Shown in pieces: positions 1 to 6,955 of a DNA stretch of 64,000 nt (its first letter is position 1; every line of letters begins with the position of its first letter). This DNA comes from an uncultured virus (IMG/VR IMGVR_UViG_3300020207_000005). Its lineage: Duplodnaviria > Heunggongvirae > Uroviricota > Caudoviricetes. A program made the translations under genes and the position numbers. A model generated the notes under the pieces. That model did not search any database. It saw nothing but the letters and a program-made list of their open reading frames with translations, and was not told the origin of the DNA. The stretch is taken from the IMG/VR virus record IMGVR_UViG_3300020207_000005. One strand, written 5' to 3'.

Positions 1-267
1 AATATATGATGGTAACCTTACAACTTCTGGTGCCTCGACACAAATTTGTCTTGTTTCAATATACTTACGAGTACCAGTATATAGTTGTTTTCCAACACTT
101 AAAGCATCATCATTTATAATACCATCATTATCAAAATCGGTATTAAATCCTTGTGCATATCTTCCTTCACCATACTCACAATATGCTGGTCCTTCCGACC
201 ATTGTGGCATTTGTGCACAACTTGCTAATAATAGTGATAAAAATACAGCGGATAAAAGTTTAGCCAC
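1..267 (-). CDS. csgG: Curli secretion channel CsgG-like lipoprotein, N-terminal part (runs off window edge)
   Basis: Not in ORF track. GTG at 267 overlaps the csgF stop and the frame is open to base 1: MAKLLSAVFLSLLLASCAQMPQW...PEVVRLPSYI. It has a lipobox (LASC). Identity is inferred mainly from the position directly downstream of csgF. Confidence 0.65.
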   Translation of the reverse strand, partial: MAKLLSAVFLSLLLASCAQMPQWSEGPAYCEYGEGRYAQGFNTDFDNDGIINDDALSVGKQLYTGTRKYIETRQICVEAPEVVRLPSYI

Positions 268-775
268 CGTCACCATCCCCACCAGTATCTCCATCACTTC
301 CAAAGTTACCTGAACCAATTGGTATTTCAATAACAGTTGTAGTACCATCTTCATCTACAATTGTCATTTTAATAAATTCTGTTCCGTCAGCGTTTGTAAT
401 AACTTCATATGTAACTGTTGACCCTTCTAAAACAAAGGACCCAAATCTTACAGGGTCGTCGTTAGAAAACATATTGTCTACTAATTGTTTTGCTAACTGA
501 GCGTAAATCCTACTCTCTAAATTTCGTATAAATTTTGATAATGTTGAATTATCAATTTCTCGTTGTGCTGCTCTCTCGGCTGCATCTAATGCATCTTTGA
601 TTGCTTTCTTACGTGAATGTTCTTGATTCTCAATAGTGAGATAATGAGCACCTGTTCCAACACCACTGAAACTAGGATTTTTGAATTTGTGAACAATAGG
701 CTCAGCATTTGCAATACCAATTGTTAGAACGGATAATAAAATTACATCAATTATCTTTTTTATCATGTTTTTCAC
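260..775 (-). CDS. csgF: Curli assembly protein CsgF-like
   Basis: Signal peptide followed by IVHKFKNPSFSG (cf. CsgF FQFRNPNFGG), F..NLESRIYAQL and a C-terminal TTTVIEIP, all typical of the CsgF family. Confidence 0.8.
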   Translation of the reverse strand: MKNMIKKIIDVILLSVLTIGIANAEPIVHKFKNPSFSGVGTGAHYLTIENQEHSRKKAIKDALDAAERAAQREIDNSTLSKFIRNLESRIYAQLAKQLVDNMFSNDDPVRFGSFVLEGSTVTYEVITNADGTEFIKMTIVDEDGTTTVIEIPIGSGNFGSDGDTGGDGDGG

Positions 776-1031
776 CTGCCTCTCTCAGTTTCTCATTTTC
801 TTTATATTTTAAAACTACGTCTACCTTCTCTTGCAGTCTAATTAAATCCTGGTCTAGCATTCTCATTCTATCAATCACTTTGATTAATTGAAAATGCATT
901 TTATCGATTGTTGGTAAAATATTCTCTTGTATAAAGTTATAAACAAAGTACACGAAATATCCTAACCCAATCACCATAATTGTAGGAAACCCGTACTCAC
1001 TAACGAGTGTTATAATATCAAATTCTTCCAT
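747..1031 (-). CDS. Small single-TM membrane protein with coiled-coil tail (holin/YvrJ-like)
   Basis: LVSEYGFPTIMVIGLGYFVYFVY hydrophobic helix followed by a heptad-rich region; similar to 1233..1529. Confidence 0.65.
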   Translation of the reverse strand: MEEFDIITLVSEYGFPTIMVIGLGYFVYFVYNFIQENILPTIDKMHFQLIKVIDRMRMLDQDLIRLQEKVDVVLKYKENEKLREAGEKHDKKDN

Positions 1032-1233
1032 CGAATAAATCCAGTTGTTTTGGATTATATATTCTGTCTGCTTTTCTTCTAAGTGTTACAGCACCATTTT
1101 CAGTTTGAGAAGCGATGAATTCATCACCAGGTTTCCACTCAAACTTTTCTAAGGTTAACTCTCCGTCACCTTCGTCAAAAATCAGTAAATCCCCTCCAGC
1201 ACTTAAACTGAAGTGATAACCACAAAATAGCAT
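1018..1233 (-). CDS. Hypothetical protein, possibly AbrB/MazE-like fold
   Basis: Overlaps both neighbours in operon fashion. LEKFEWKPGDEF...GAVTLRR resembles the AbrB-type LGWxxGDxL pattern. Confidence 0.5.
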   Translation of the reverse strand: MLFCGYHFSLSAGGDLLIFDEGDGELTLEKFEWKPGDEFIASQTENGAVTLRRKADRIYNPKQLDLFDGRI

Positions 1234-1529
1234 TAGTCTCTCCTTACGTCGAGTTTTCCGTCTTCAATAAAATTTTCTGCCCGAGCTATACGCTCGATGT
1301 CGGGATTTAATCCAAGTGCACTAGACACGAGCAAATCTATTTTAACTACCTCATTAGACATAGTTCTCGCTCTATTCTCTAGGCTTTCACAGAACATATT
1401 TAAAGTATTAATGCTATCAATGATTCCTTCAAAAATTTGTTTAATAATAATGAAGATGAAGAATCCCATAATTAATGCACCAGCAATAGGTAAACCTAGC
1501 TCGGATATTAATTGTAGTACTGATTCCAT
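1233..1529 (-). CDS. Small single-TM membrane protein with coiled-coil tail (holin/YvrJ-like)
   Basis: LISELGLPIAGALIMGFFIFIII TM helix; first gene after the late promoter at 1575-1582. Confidence 0.65.
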   Translation of the reverse strand: MESVLQLISELGLPIAGALIMGFFIFIIIKQIFEGIIDSINTLNMFCESLENRARTMSNEVVKIDLLVSSALGLNPDIERIARAENFIEDGKLDVRRD

Positions 1530-1574
1530 ATAATCCCTGTTATTTGTATTAGCCCTACTGGGTTATACATGTTC

Positions 1575-1582
1575 TATTTATA
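1575..1582 (-). promoter_or_regulatory. T4-type late promoter TATAAATA for the csgF/csgG operon
   Basis: Exact TATAAATA on the minus strand, 46 nt upstream of the 1529 start. Confidence 0.7.
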
Positions 1583-1710
1583 ATAACTAAAGAACCATAG
1601 TGATAATATAATAGCATCATACGAAGCCCTCAGACCATCAAGATAGAACATAATTCTCAAGCCATATAGAATACCTTCCATTTTTTAAAAGGCTTCTATG
1701 AAGGAATTGA

Positions 1711-1769
1711 AAAAAAGTTGCACTTTTTTCACAAAAACAGTTGACAAATTCACTTTGATTTGGTATAAT
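1711..1769 (+). promoter_or_regulatory. Sigma70-type early promoter with upstream palindrome
   Basis: TTGACA (1741-1746), 17-bp spacer, TATAAT (1764-1769); palindrome AAAAAAGTTGCACTTTTTT at 1711-1729. Confidence 0.9.
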
Positions 1770-1799
1770 ATACATATAAATTAAGGAAAAGGAGTAAAA

Positions 1800-2099
1800 A
1801 TGGAAATAAGAATATTAGGAAACCAACCGGAACCATCTTTGACTATGGACGGTTATGAAATCACTGACTTTGAGGTCAGAACTAGAGATGAGAATCTTTT
1901 TGAAAAAGGAAAGAAAATCATCAACGATTATATCAATCAAAACCCAACTTGGGAACAATGTCAATTATTCATTGATGACCCAATGACAGTGGGTATCTAT
2001 CCGCAAGATTCTGAAGGTGCGGCTTTTAACGAAATTGTTTTAAAATTAGAAAAACTTGGCTTTTATGGTAAAGCTGCTGGTTATAGAGAGGTTGCTTAA
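1800..2099 (+). CDS. Hypothetical early protein
   Basis: Strong RBS (AAGGAG), directly after the early promoter. Confidence 0.75.
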   Translation: MEIRILGNQPEPSLTMDGYEITDFEVRTRDENLFEKGKKIINDYINQNPTWEQCQLFIDDPMTVGIYPQDSEGAAFNEIVLKLEKLGFYGKAAGYREVA

Positions 2100-2416
2100 T
2101 GAAATTATTTGAAAAATGGACCAAACTTGGTGAAGAAACATTTGGTGATACTTTCGAACAGTGTCAGTTTTTACTGAATGGTAAGAGATATGTTGGAATG
2201 ATTAAAGAGTTTGGCGAAAATCATATCGACGTAAAGCCTATGTCTATTGATTATGAATCATGTATCTTTATGGAAAATGTCAACATGGTCAAACTGACAA
2301 AAGATATGTTTGACAAAATCAAGTTAGAGATTTTTGATGATAACAGAGGTTGTGATAATTCAGCAATTGGAGTTGCTGGTTGTTATGAACCTTGGAAAAA
2401 CTTTGTTTGGGAATAA
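2099..2416 (+). CDS. Hypothetical early protein
   Basis: TAATG stop/start overlap with the upstream gene. Confidence 0.75.
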   Translation: MKLFEKWTKLGEETFGDTFEQCQFLLNGKRYVGMIKEFGENHIDVKPMSIDYESCIFMENVNMVKLTKDMFDKIKLEIFDDNRGCDNSAIGVAGCYEPWKNFVWE

Positions 2417-2445
2417 CCTTATAACAAAAAAGTTTAAAAAAATAG

Positions 2446-2474
2446 TTGACAATTACAATTACCTGTGGTATAAT
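2446..2474 (+). promoter_or_regulatory. Sigma70-type early promoter
   Basis: TTGACA 2446-2451, 17-bp spacer, TGTGG-TATAAT 2469-2474 (extended -10). Confidence 0.9.
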
Positions 2475-2503
2475 GGTCAACGTAAATGGGAAAAGGAAAT
2501 ATT

Positions 2504-2998
2504 ATGAAAATCGTTATTCAAACACAATACATGGAAAACTACGCTTGGGATGCTGAGGGCAACCTTGGTACAGGTGATGATGCCTACTGGAAGTACAAGG
2601 GTGGTACTGGGTATGTGGTTGATTGTAACCTAGAACAGGCGCAATCAAAAGATTTCTGGCAAATGCTGGAAGACCACGTGTGTTATTCTAACGATGCTTC
2701 GAAGGAGTATATCCTTTCTATGGAGTTGTTCGATGAGTGTGACTTCAAAATGGAAGACCACTTCGAGGGTTGGGAAACTCCCATCATGATAACTCCAGCT
2801 GAGTATGGTCTTATTGCCACTAAGAAAACTCCAAACGAAGAGTTTGGTTATATGAGGTCTGAGATTAAGTCTAAATTTGAAACTTGGACTATGCTACCAA
2901 ACAACGAGAGGAAGTTCTATTCTTCTTCTTTCACTATGAAAGATGGACTTATTCTATCTTCTGACGAATTGAAACAATATTTTTGTGAAGCTGCATAA
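2504..2998 (+). CDS. Hypothetical early protein
   Basis: ORF 2486..2998; the likely start is MKIVIQTQYMENY at 2504, after an AAGGA RBS. Confidence 0.75.
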   Translation: MKIVIQTQYMENYAWDAEGNLGTGDDAYWKYKGGTGYVVDCNLEQAQSKDFWQMLEDHVCYSNDASKEYILSMELFDECDFKMEDHFEGWETPIMITPAEYGLIATKKTPNEEFGYMRSEIKSKFETWTMLPNNERKFYSSSFTMKDGLILSSDELKQYFCEAA

Positions 2999-3009
2999 GG
3001 AGAAATCAA

Positions 3010-3228
3010 ATGCACCGCGTTTTAGCACCAGTTGTAGATGCCGATGAAATTGTATCGAAAAAATCTATCGAAGAAGCAATTGCTTGGCGACAAAATAAAA
3101 TTGAAACTCTAAATGAGTTTTTACCGTATGCTGATGGACAAGCATACTACCAAGATAAAGAAAAGATTCGTAAGCTCTCTATTGAACTTAACGAATTGCA
3201 TGAACACTTAGCCAATATTGAAGAATGA
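3010..3228 (+). CDS. Hypothetical early protein
   Basis: RBS AAGGAG; operon context. Confidence 0.7.
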   Translation: MHRVLAPVVDADEIVSKKSIEEAIAWRQNKIETLNEFLPYADGQAYYQDKEKIRKLSIELNELHEHLANIEE

Positions 3229-3791
3229 ATATATTTGTACTAGATGAGAATCCTATAACAGCAGCTCAAATGTGTTGTGACAGACACGTTCCTAAAATGA
3301 TTATTGAGTCTGCTCAAATGTTGTCAACGGTTCACCGACTCCTTGATGGTACACCTGAAAGACGACCTTCTAAGTCTGGTAAAACAATACAACAATATTA
3401 TTCATTCGGTGATGAGCGTGATGACATGTACTATTTGGCTGTACATAAATTTCACCCATGCACAACTTGGACAAAAGAAAGTAAGACAAACTATGAATGG
3501 CACTACGAACATTTTCGTGGGTTGGCCAACGAATTTGAATATCGACGTGGGAAAGCTCACGCAACCTGGTTAAAACTTGGTGTACTATTATCTAAACCAC
3601 CAAAGAATATACCAGACATAGGACTAACAGAATTCGCTCAGGCGATGAATCATTTTCCTGAATGTAAAGTTGAGGGAAATGCTGTGGAAGCTTATAGGAA
3701 TTACTATCATGCATCCAAACCTTTTGCTAAATGGGAATGGCGTAGACCAGCTCCTGATTGGTGGCAAGGTTATCAAGGTGCGAGTGCGTAA
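3225..3791 (+). CDS. denV: Pyrimidine-dimer DNA glycosylase (DenV/endonuclease V-related family)
   Basis: MNIFVLD...A...CDRHVPKMIIESAQMLST, HPCTTW, EFEYRRGKAH and AYRNYY..K...W motifs of the Pyr_excise-like family. Confidence 0.8.
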   Translation: MNIFVLDENPITAAQMCCDRHVPKMIIESAQMLSTVHRLLDGTPERRPSKSGKTIQQYYSFGDERDDMYYLAVHKFHPCTTWTKESKTNYEWHYEHFRGLANEFEYRRGKAHATWLKLGVLLSKPPKNIPDIGLTEFAQAMNHFPECKVEGNAVEAYRNYYHASKPFAKWEWRRPAPDWWQGYQGASA

Positions 3792-3830
3792 CTTTTATAA
3801 TTATACTATAACTAAATCAAGGAGAAACCT

Positions 3831-4070
3831 ATGCTCGATAATTTGGTCGAAGAATTATTGTCCGAAGTAAACGAAGGCAAAATAAGTAAGGATTTATTCT
3901 TACGTAAAGTTGTTGAAACTTTGTTTGTAGAGAATAGAGATGCGCTTTATGAAATGGCAATTCAAGAAGGATTCATTGCTGTTAATGAAGATAAAGAAGA
4001 TAAAGAATTCGAAAAACTCGATGCTACTCAACGCATTATCGAAAAAGTTTTGCAACGACACGGAGATTAA
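3831..4070 (+). CDS. Hypothetical protein
   Basis: RBS AAGGAG; acidic 79-aa ORF. Confidence 0.7.
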   Translation: MLDNLVEELLSEVNEGKISKDLFLRKVVETLFVENRDALYEMAIQEGFIAVNEDKEDKEFEKLDATQRIIEKVLQRHGD

Positions 4071-4073
4071 AGT

Positions 4074-4256
4074 ATGTCAATGGAACAATTCTGGTTTACA
4101 GCGATTGTATTTACTGTTATTGGATATATTTGGGGTTTACAAGCAAACCGAAAGCGTATGGTCACATTAGTGATTGATTCGCTTATTGCTGATGGTTATC
4201 TAAAAACTAAAGGGTTTGGTGACGACCAGGAAATCGTAAAATATAACGAGCTTTAG
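4074..4256 (+). CDS. Small membrane protein
   Basis: N-terminal TM helix FWFTAIVFTVIGYIWGL; tight operon spacing. Confidence 0.65.
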   Translation: MSMEQFWFTAIVFTVIGYIWGLQANRKRMVTLVIDSLIADGYLKTKGFGDDQEIVKYNEL

Positions 4257-4259
4257 GTT

Positions 4260-5003
4260 ATGATTAGAAAAAAGGCGCTCAATCAAGTTATGAATATGGG
4301 CGGACTGGTATCTGAGATGATATCAGTTTTTTATACTGAATTCTTTCAAGAAAAAGAATATGAATGGTGGTATAAAGTACAACCTGGTGATGTAGTAGTT
4401 GACCTTGGTGCTTGTGTTGGTATGTTCTCAGCACTAGCATGTGATGGTGGTGCATCTAAAGTTTACATGGTTGAAGGTAACAGACACCTACTCAAATGCG
4501 CTATTGATAATGTATCTGAGTTTATGATGAACGAACCAGACCCTATTGTATTTCCTATTAATGCAATTATTGGTTCTGCTGATGGTGTATACAAAACTAT
4601 TCATGATGAAACAACTAATGAAGATATCGATAAGATTTCTTTTAAACAACTCGTTGAAAGGTATGATATAGATTATATTGACTACCTTAAAGCAGATATT
4701 GAAGGTGCTGAATACGATGTATTTACAGAAGAGAACCTTGATTATATGCTCAACAATGTTAAGCACATGGTGGTTGAAGTTCATACTCAAGCAACACCTG
4801 GTGGTTTAAAGGACTTCTTTCATTTTAGAGATAACTTTTTGAATCACTTCGTTGATTCACCTCGTCACGAGGTACGTACACGAAGTCAGTTTGGAGAGGT
4901 TGATGGATTGTTCATGTGGCAAGACCATCTACTCAAGAATGCTAGACCAAGTCATTCTTATTGGTTGTTATACATCACGAGGAAAGATAATGAAGAAGAA
5001 TAA
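4260..5003 (+). CDS. FkbM-family SAM-dependent methyltransferase
   Basis: VVVDLGACVGMFS SAM motif, IDYLKADIEGAEY and VVEVH motifs. Confidence 0.85.
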   Translation: MIRKKALNQVMNMGGLVSEMISVFYTEFFQEKEYEWWYKVQPGDVVVDLGACVGMFSALACDGGASKVYMVEGNRHLLKCAIDNVSEFMMNEPDPIVFPINAIIGSADGVYKTIHDETTNEDIDKISFKQLVERYDIDYIDYLKADIEGAEYDVFTEENLDYMLNNVKHMVVEVHTQATPGGLKDFFHFRDNFLNHFVDSPRHEVRTRSQFGEVDGLFMWQDHLLKNARPSHSYWLLYITRKDNEEE

Positions 5004-5154
5004 GAAAGAAAATGCATTTAAAGTAATCGTTAAAGATGCTGATGACGTACTCAAAGCGGAATACGTATTCACATTCATGAAAGAAGCAATTATGTTTGAA
5101 AGTGGAGTTCGTAAAAATGGTTATAGAACTGCAATGGAACGTATAAGTATATAA
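4990..5154 (+). CDS. Small hypothetical protein
   Basis: Internal ATG (MKKNKKENAFK...) of track ORF 4852..5154; it fills the gap between neighbours with overlapping ends. Confidence 0.55.
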   Translation: MKKNKKENAFKVIVKDADDVLKAEYVFTFMKEAIMFESGVRKNGYRTAMERISI

Positions 5155-5462
5155 TGGAATCTTTGATTATAGTAGGTGAAGCGCCTGGTAAAACAACACC
5201 AGAAAAATCACCAACAAAGAACAGAGTTATCAAGTGGGTAGGTAGGCAATTTGATTGGACTAACCGCTCATACGATGACATTAGCTTAGTAAAACGATAT
5301 GATAAAGTTATTGCTTTAGGAAATATCGCTTCTACTTGGTTGGATAAGAATGAGGTGTCTCATTTAAAGATACCGCATCCAAGTCCAAGAAACAGGATGT
5401 GGAATAATCCACAAACTGAAATAGACACTGTTAGGAGAATTAACGAATACCTAACAGTTTAA
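5154..5462 (+). CDS. Minimal uracil-DNA-glycosylase-superfamily protein
   Basis: Motif A IIVGEAPG, VIALGNIA and motif B IPHPSPRN. Confidence 0.7.
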   Translation: MESLIIVGEAPGKTTPEKSPTKNRVIKWVGRQFDWTNRSYDDISLVKRYDKVIALGNIASTWLDKNEVSHLKIPHPSPRNRMWNNPQTEIDTVRRINEYLTV

Positions 5463-5499
5463 TAAAGACATAAACACACATACACACAAGGAGGAAATT

Positions 5500-5715
5500 A
5501 TGTCAAACGGAAAATCTGGGTACGAGATACGTGCCGACCTACTCAGTATGGCTCAATCCATACTATACGATAACTTACAAAGGAAGATTGACGCTACGTA
5601 TAATCATAACGACAATCACCCTGATGATAAGAAATCATTACCTACAACCTCAGTTTCAGCACAGGATATCATTTCTGTAGCTTCTGAACTGAATGAGTTC
5701 GTAAACTCAAAATAA
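5500..5715 (+). CDS. Hypothetical small protein
   Basis: Strong RBS AAGGAGG; sequence KSGYEIRADLLSMAQ...AQDIISVASELNEFV. Confidence 0.75.
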   Translation: MSNGKSGYEIRADLLSMAQSILYDNLQRKIDATYNHNDNHPDDKKSLPTTSVSAQDIISVASELNEFVNSK

Positions 5716-5723
5716 GCTCTTGA

Positions 5724-5782
5724 AAAAAAGTGCAACTTTTTTGCAAAAAACAGTTGACAATTTCAAAAAGCTGTGGTATAAT
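5724..5782 (+). promoter_or_regulatory. Sigma70-type promoter with upstream palindrome, driving the non-coding RNA
   Basis: TTGACA 5754-5759, 17-bp spacer, TGTGG-TATAAT 5777-5782; palindrome AAAAAAGTGCAACTTTTTT at 5724-5742. Confidence 0.9.
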
Positions 5783-5788
5783 ATCTAA

Positions 5789-6559
5789 CATAATGACGGA
5801 ATACTCCCCGCCGGAAAGGGAAAGTGTCTGAAATAGTGGTCACATTCGGCGAAGAGAATTAGATTGATGGACGTTCTTACCAAACGTGAAGGTCTTAAGT
5901 GTAGGAAGTAAAGTCGCCCGACTGGCAGCTGAAACTAACCGATTCCAAAGATTGCAAGCTAGGATAGGTTAGAGTAATGAGAAGGCCAGTACTGGAAAGT
6001 ACGTAATTATACGGGTGACAACAAAATCATTAGAGCAGGTGGGAAAGCGTCTCCATGTATGAAGAAACGCTCGATACTGTAGAGACCAAAGAGGTGCGGA
6101 AACACAAGATGAAGTACTAGACCCTCGGAAGGTCCGCAATGGAAAAGGAAGAACCTCAAATTCCCCGCAAGGAAACCGAGGGACACAGGACGGCGGTCCA
6201 GGCTTTATTCCCTTTAGGCAGAGATGGTACTTAGGTACCAACCGAGACTGGGATTAACGAGTACCATGTTAGTCTGAGAGACGTACCTGCGATTTTATAC
6301 CAGTTTCAATAATAGGGGCTTCGAGCTCGGGGTAGGGACAGGATTTACGATTAACAATTCTACACTATTTAACGAATTACGTTAACACAAATCCATCCCC
6401 CCAAATTTTGATTTTAAGGTAGTTTGAAATCCCCGTTTAGTCGACGGGCCCGGTAGTCCGGCAGTAAGACCAAATGACGATTGTGACACTGAAATTCAAT
6501 ACCTAGGCAATCCTTGACATACCTTTGATAGGCGTATATGGAAGGATTGCCGTTTTTTT
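5789..6559 (+). ncRNA. Large highly structured non-coding RNA (~770 nt), family unassigned
   Basis: No plus-strand ORF of 60 aa or more; GC-richer than the flanks; many nested helices and a long-range pseudoknot; bounded by a consensus promoter and an intrinsic terminator. Confidence 0.75.
6506..6559 (+). terminator. Intrinsic terminator of the ncRNA
   Basis: GGCAATCCTT (6506-6515) pairs with AAGGATTGCC (6542-6551), followed by T7. Confidence 0.7.
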
Positions 6560-6563
6560 ATCC

Positions 6564-6638
6564 GGCCCGTTCGTCTAGTGGTTAGGACACATGGTTTTCA
6601 TCCATGCAACAGGAGTTCGATTCTCCTACGGGCTACCA
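6564..6638 (+). tRNA. tRNA-Glu (anticodon TTC)
   Basis: Cloverleaf: acceptor GGCCCGT/ACGGGCT, anticodon arm CATGG-TTTTCAT-CCATG, T arm AGGAG-TTCGATT-CTCCT, encoded CCA. Confidence 0.95.
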
Positions 6639-6645
6639 ATTTATT

Positions 6646-6879
6646 ATGAAATTATCTACAAGAACAAAACGAATTCATAAAGAAACCGGCACTCAAGTTG
6701 CAACCGGTCTTCTTATCAACTATCCATTGAACTTGTCTTTATTGTATATCTTTATTGATAAGTTTGGAATCACAGACCCACTCACGCTGGGAACGCTAGT
6801 GACTTGTGTAATGACAGTCGTAGCTTATACACGAATCTTCCTGATTCGTTCGTATTTCGATAAGCATAAAACAAAGTAA
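6646..6879 (+). CDS. Small two-TM membrane protein
   Basis: Likely start MKLSTRTKR at 6646, because the track start at 6604 lies inside the tRNA; two hydrophobic segments. Confidence 0.6.
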   Translation: MKLSTRTKRIHKETGTQVATGLLINYPLNLSLLYIFIDKFGITDPLTLGTLVTCVMTVVAYTRIFLIRSYFDKHKTK

Positions 6880-6907
6880 AAAAAAGGGTCCCTGAAAGAG
6901 ACCCTTT
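6878..6907 (-). terminator. Intrinsic terminator downstream of gp23 (possibly bidirectional)
   Basis: AAAGGGTC/GACCCTTT stem with an A-run on the left (a U-tail on the minus strand), between convergent genes. Confidence 0.75.
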
Positions 6908-6955
6908 AAAATTCGGTAGCTGAATGCTACTCTTATTTTTATGGAGTACTTAAAA

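Noticed and set aside
1574..1681. 35-aa minus-strand ORF (MEGILYGLRIMFYL...)
   Set aside because: Very short, has no clear RBS and overlaps the late promoter; cannot be supported.
5969..6241. 90-aa minus-strand ORF in the GC-richer intergenic region
   Set aside because: Non-ATG start, no RBS, atypical composition, and antisense to a promoter/terminator-bounded structured RNA.
5789..6559. Identification of the ncRNA as RNase P RNA, tmRNA or a group I/II intron
   Set aside because: Only fragmentary resemblances (GGAAAGTG, GGAAGGTCC, GGGG...ACAGGATTT). I could not find the RNase P P4 pair, a tmRNA tRNA-like end with T-loop, a group II domain V or interrupted exons. It needs cmscan.
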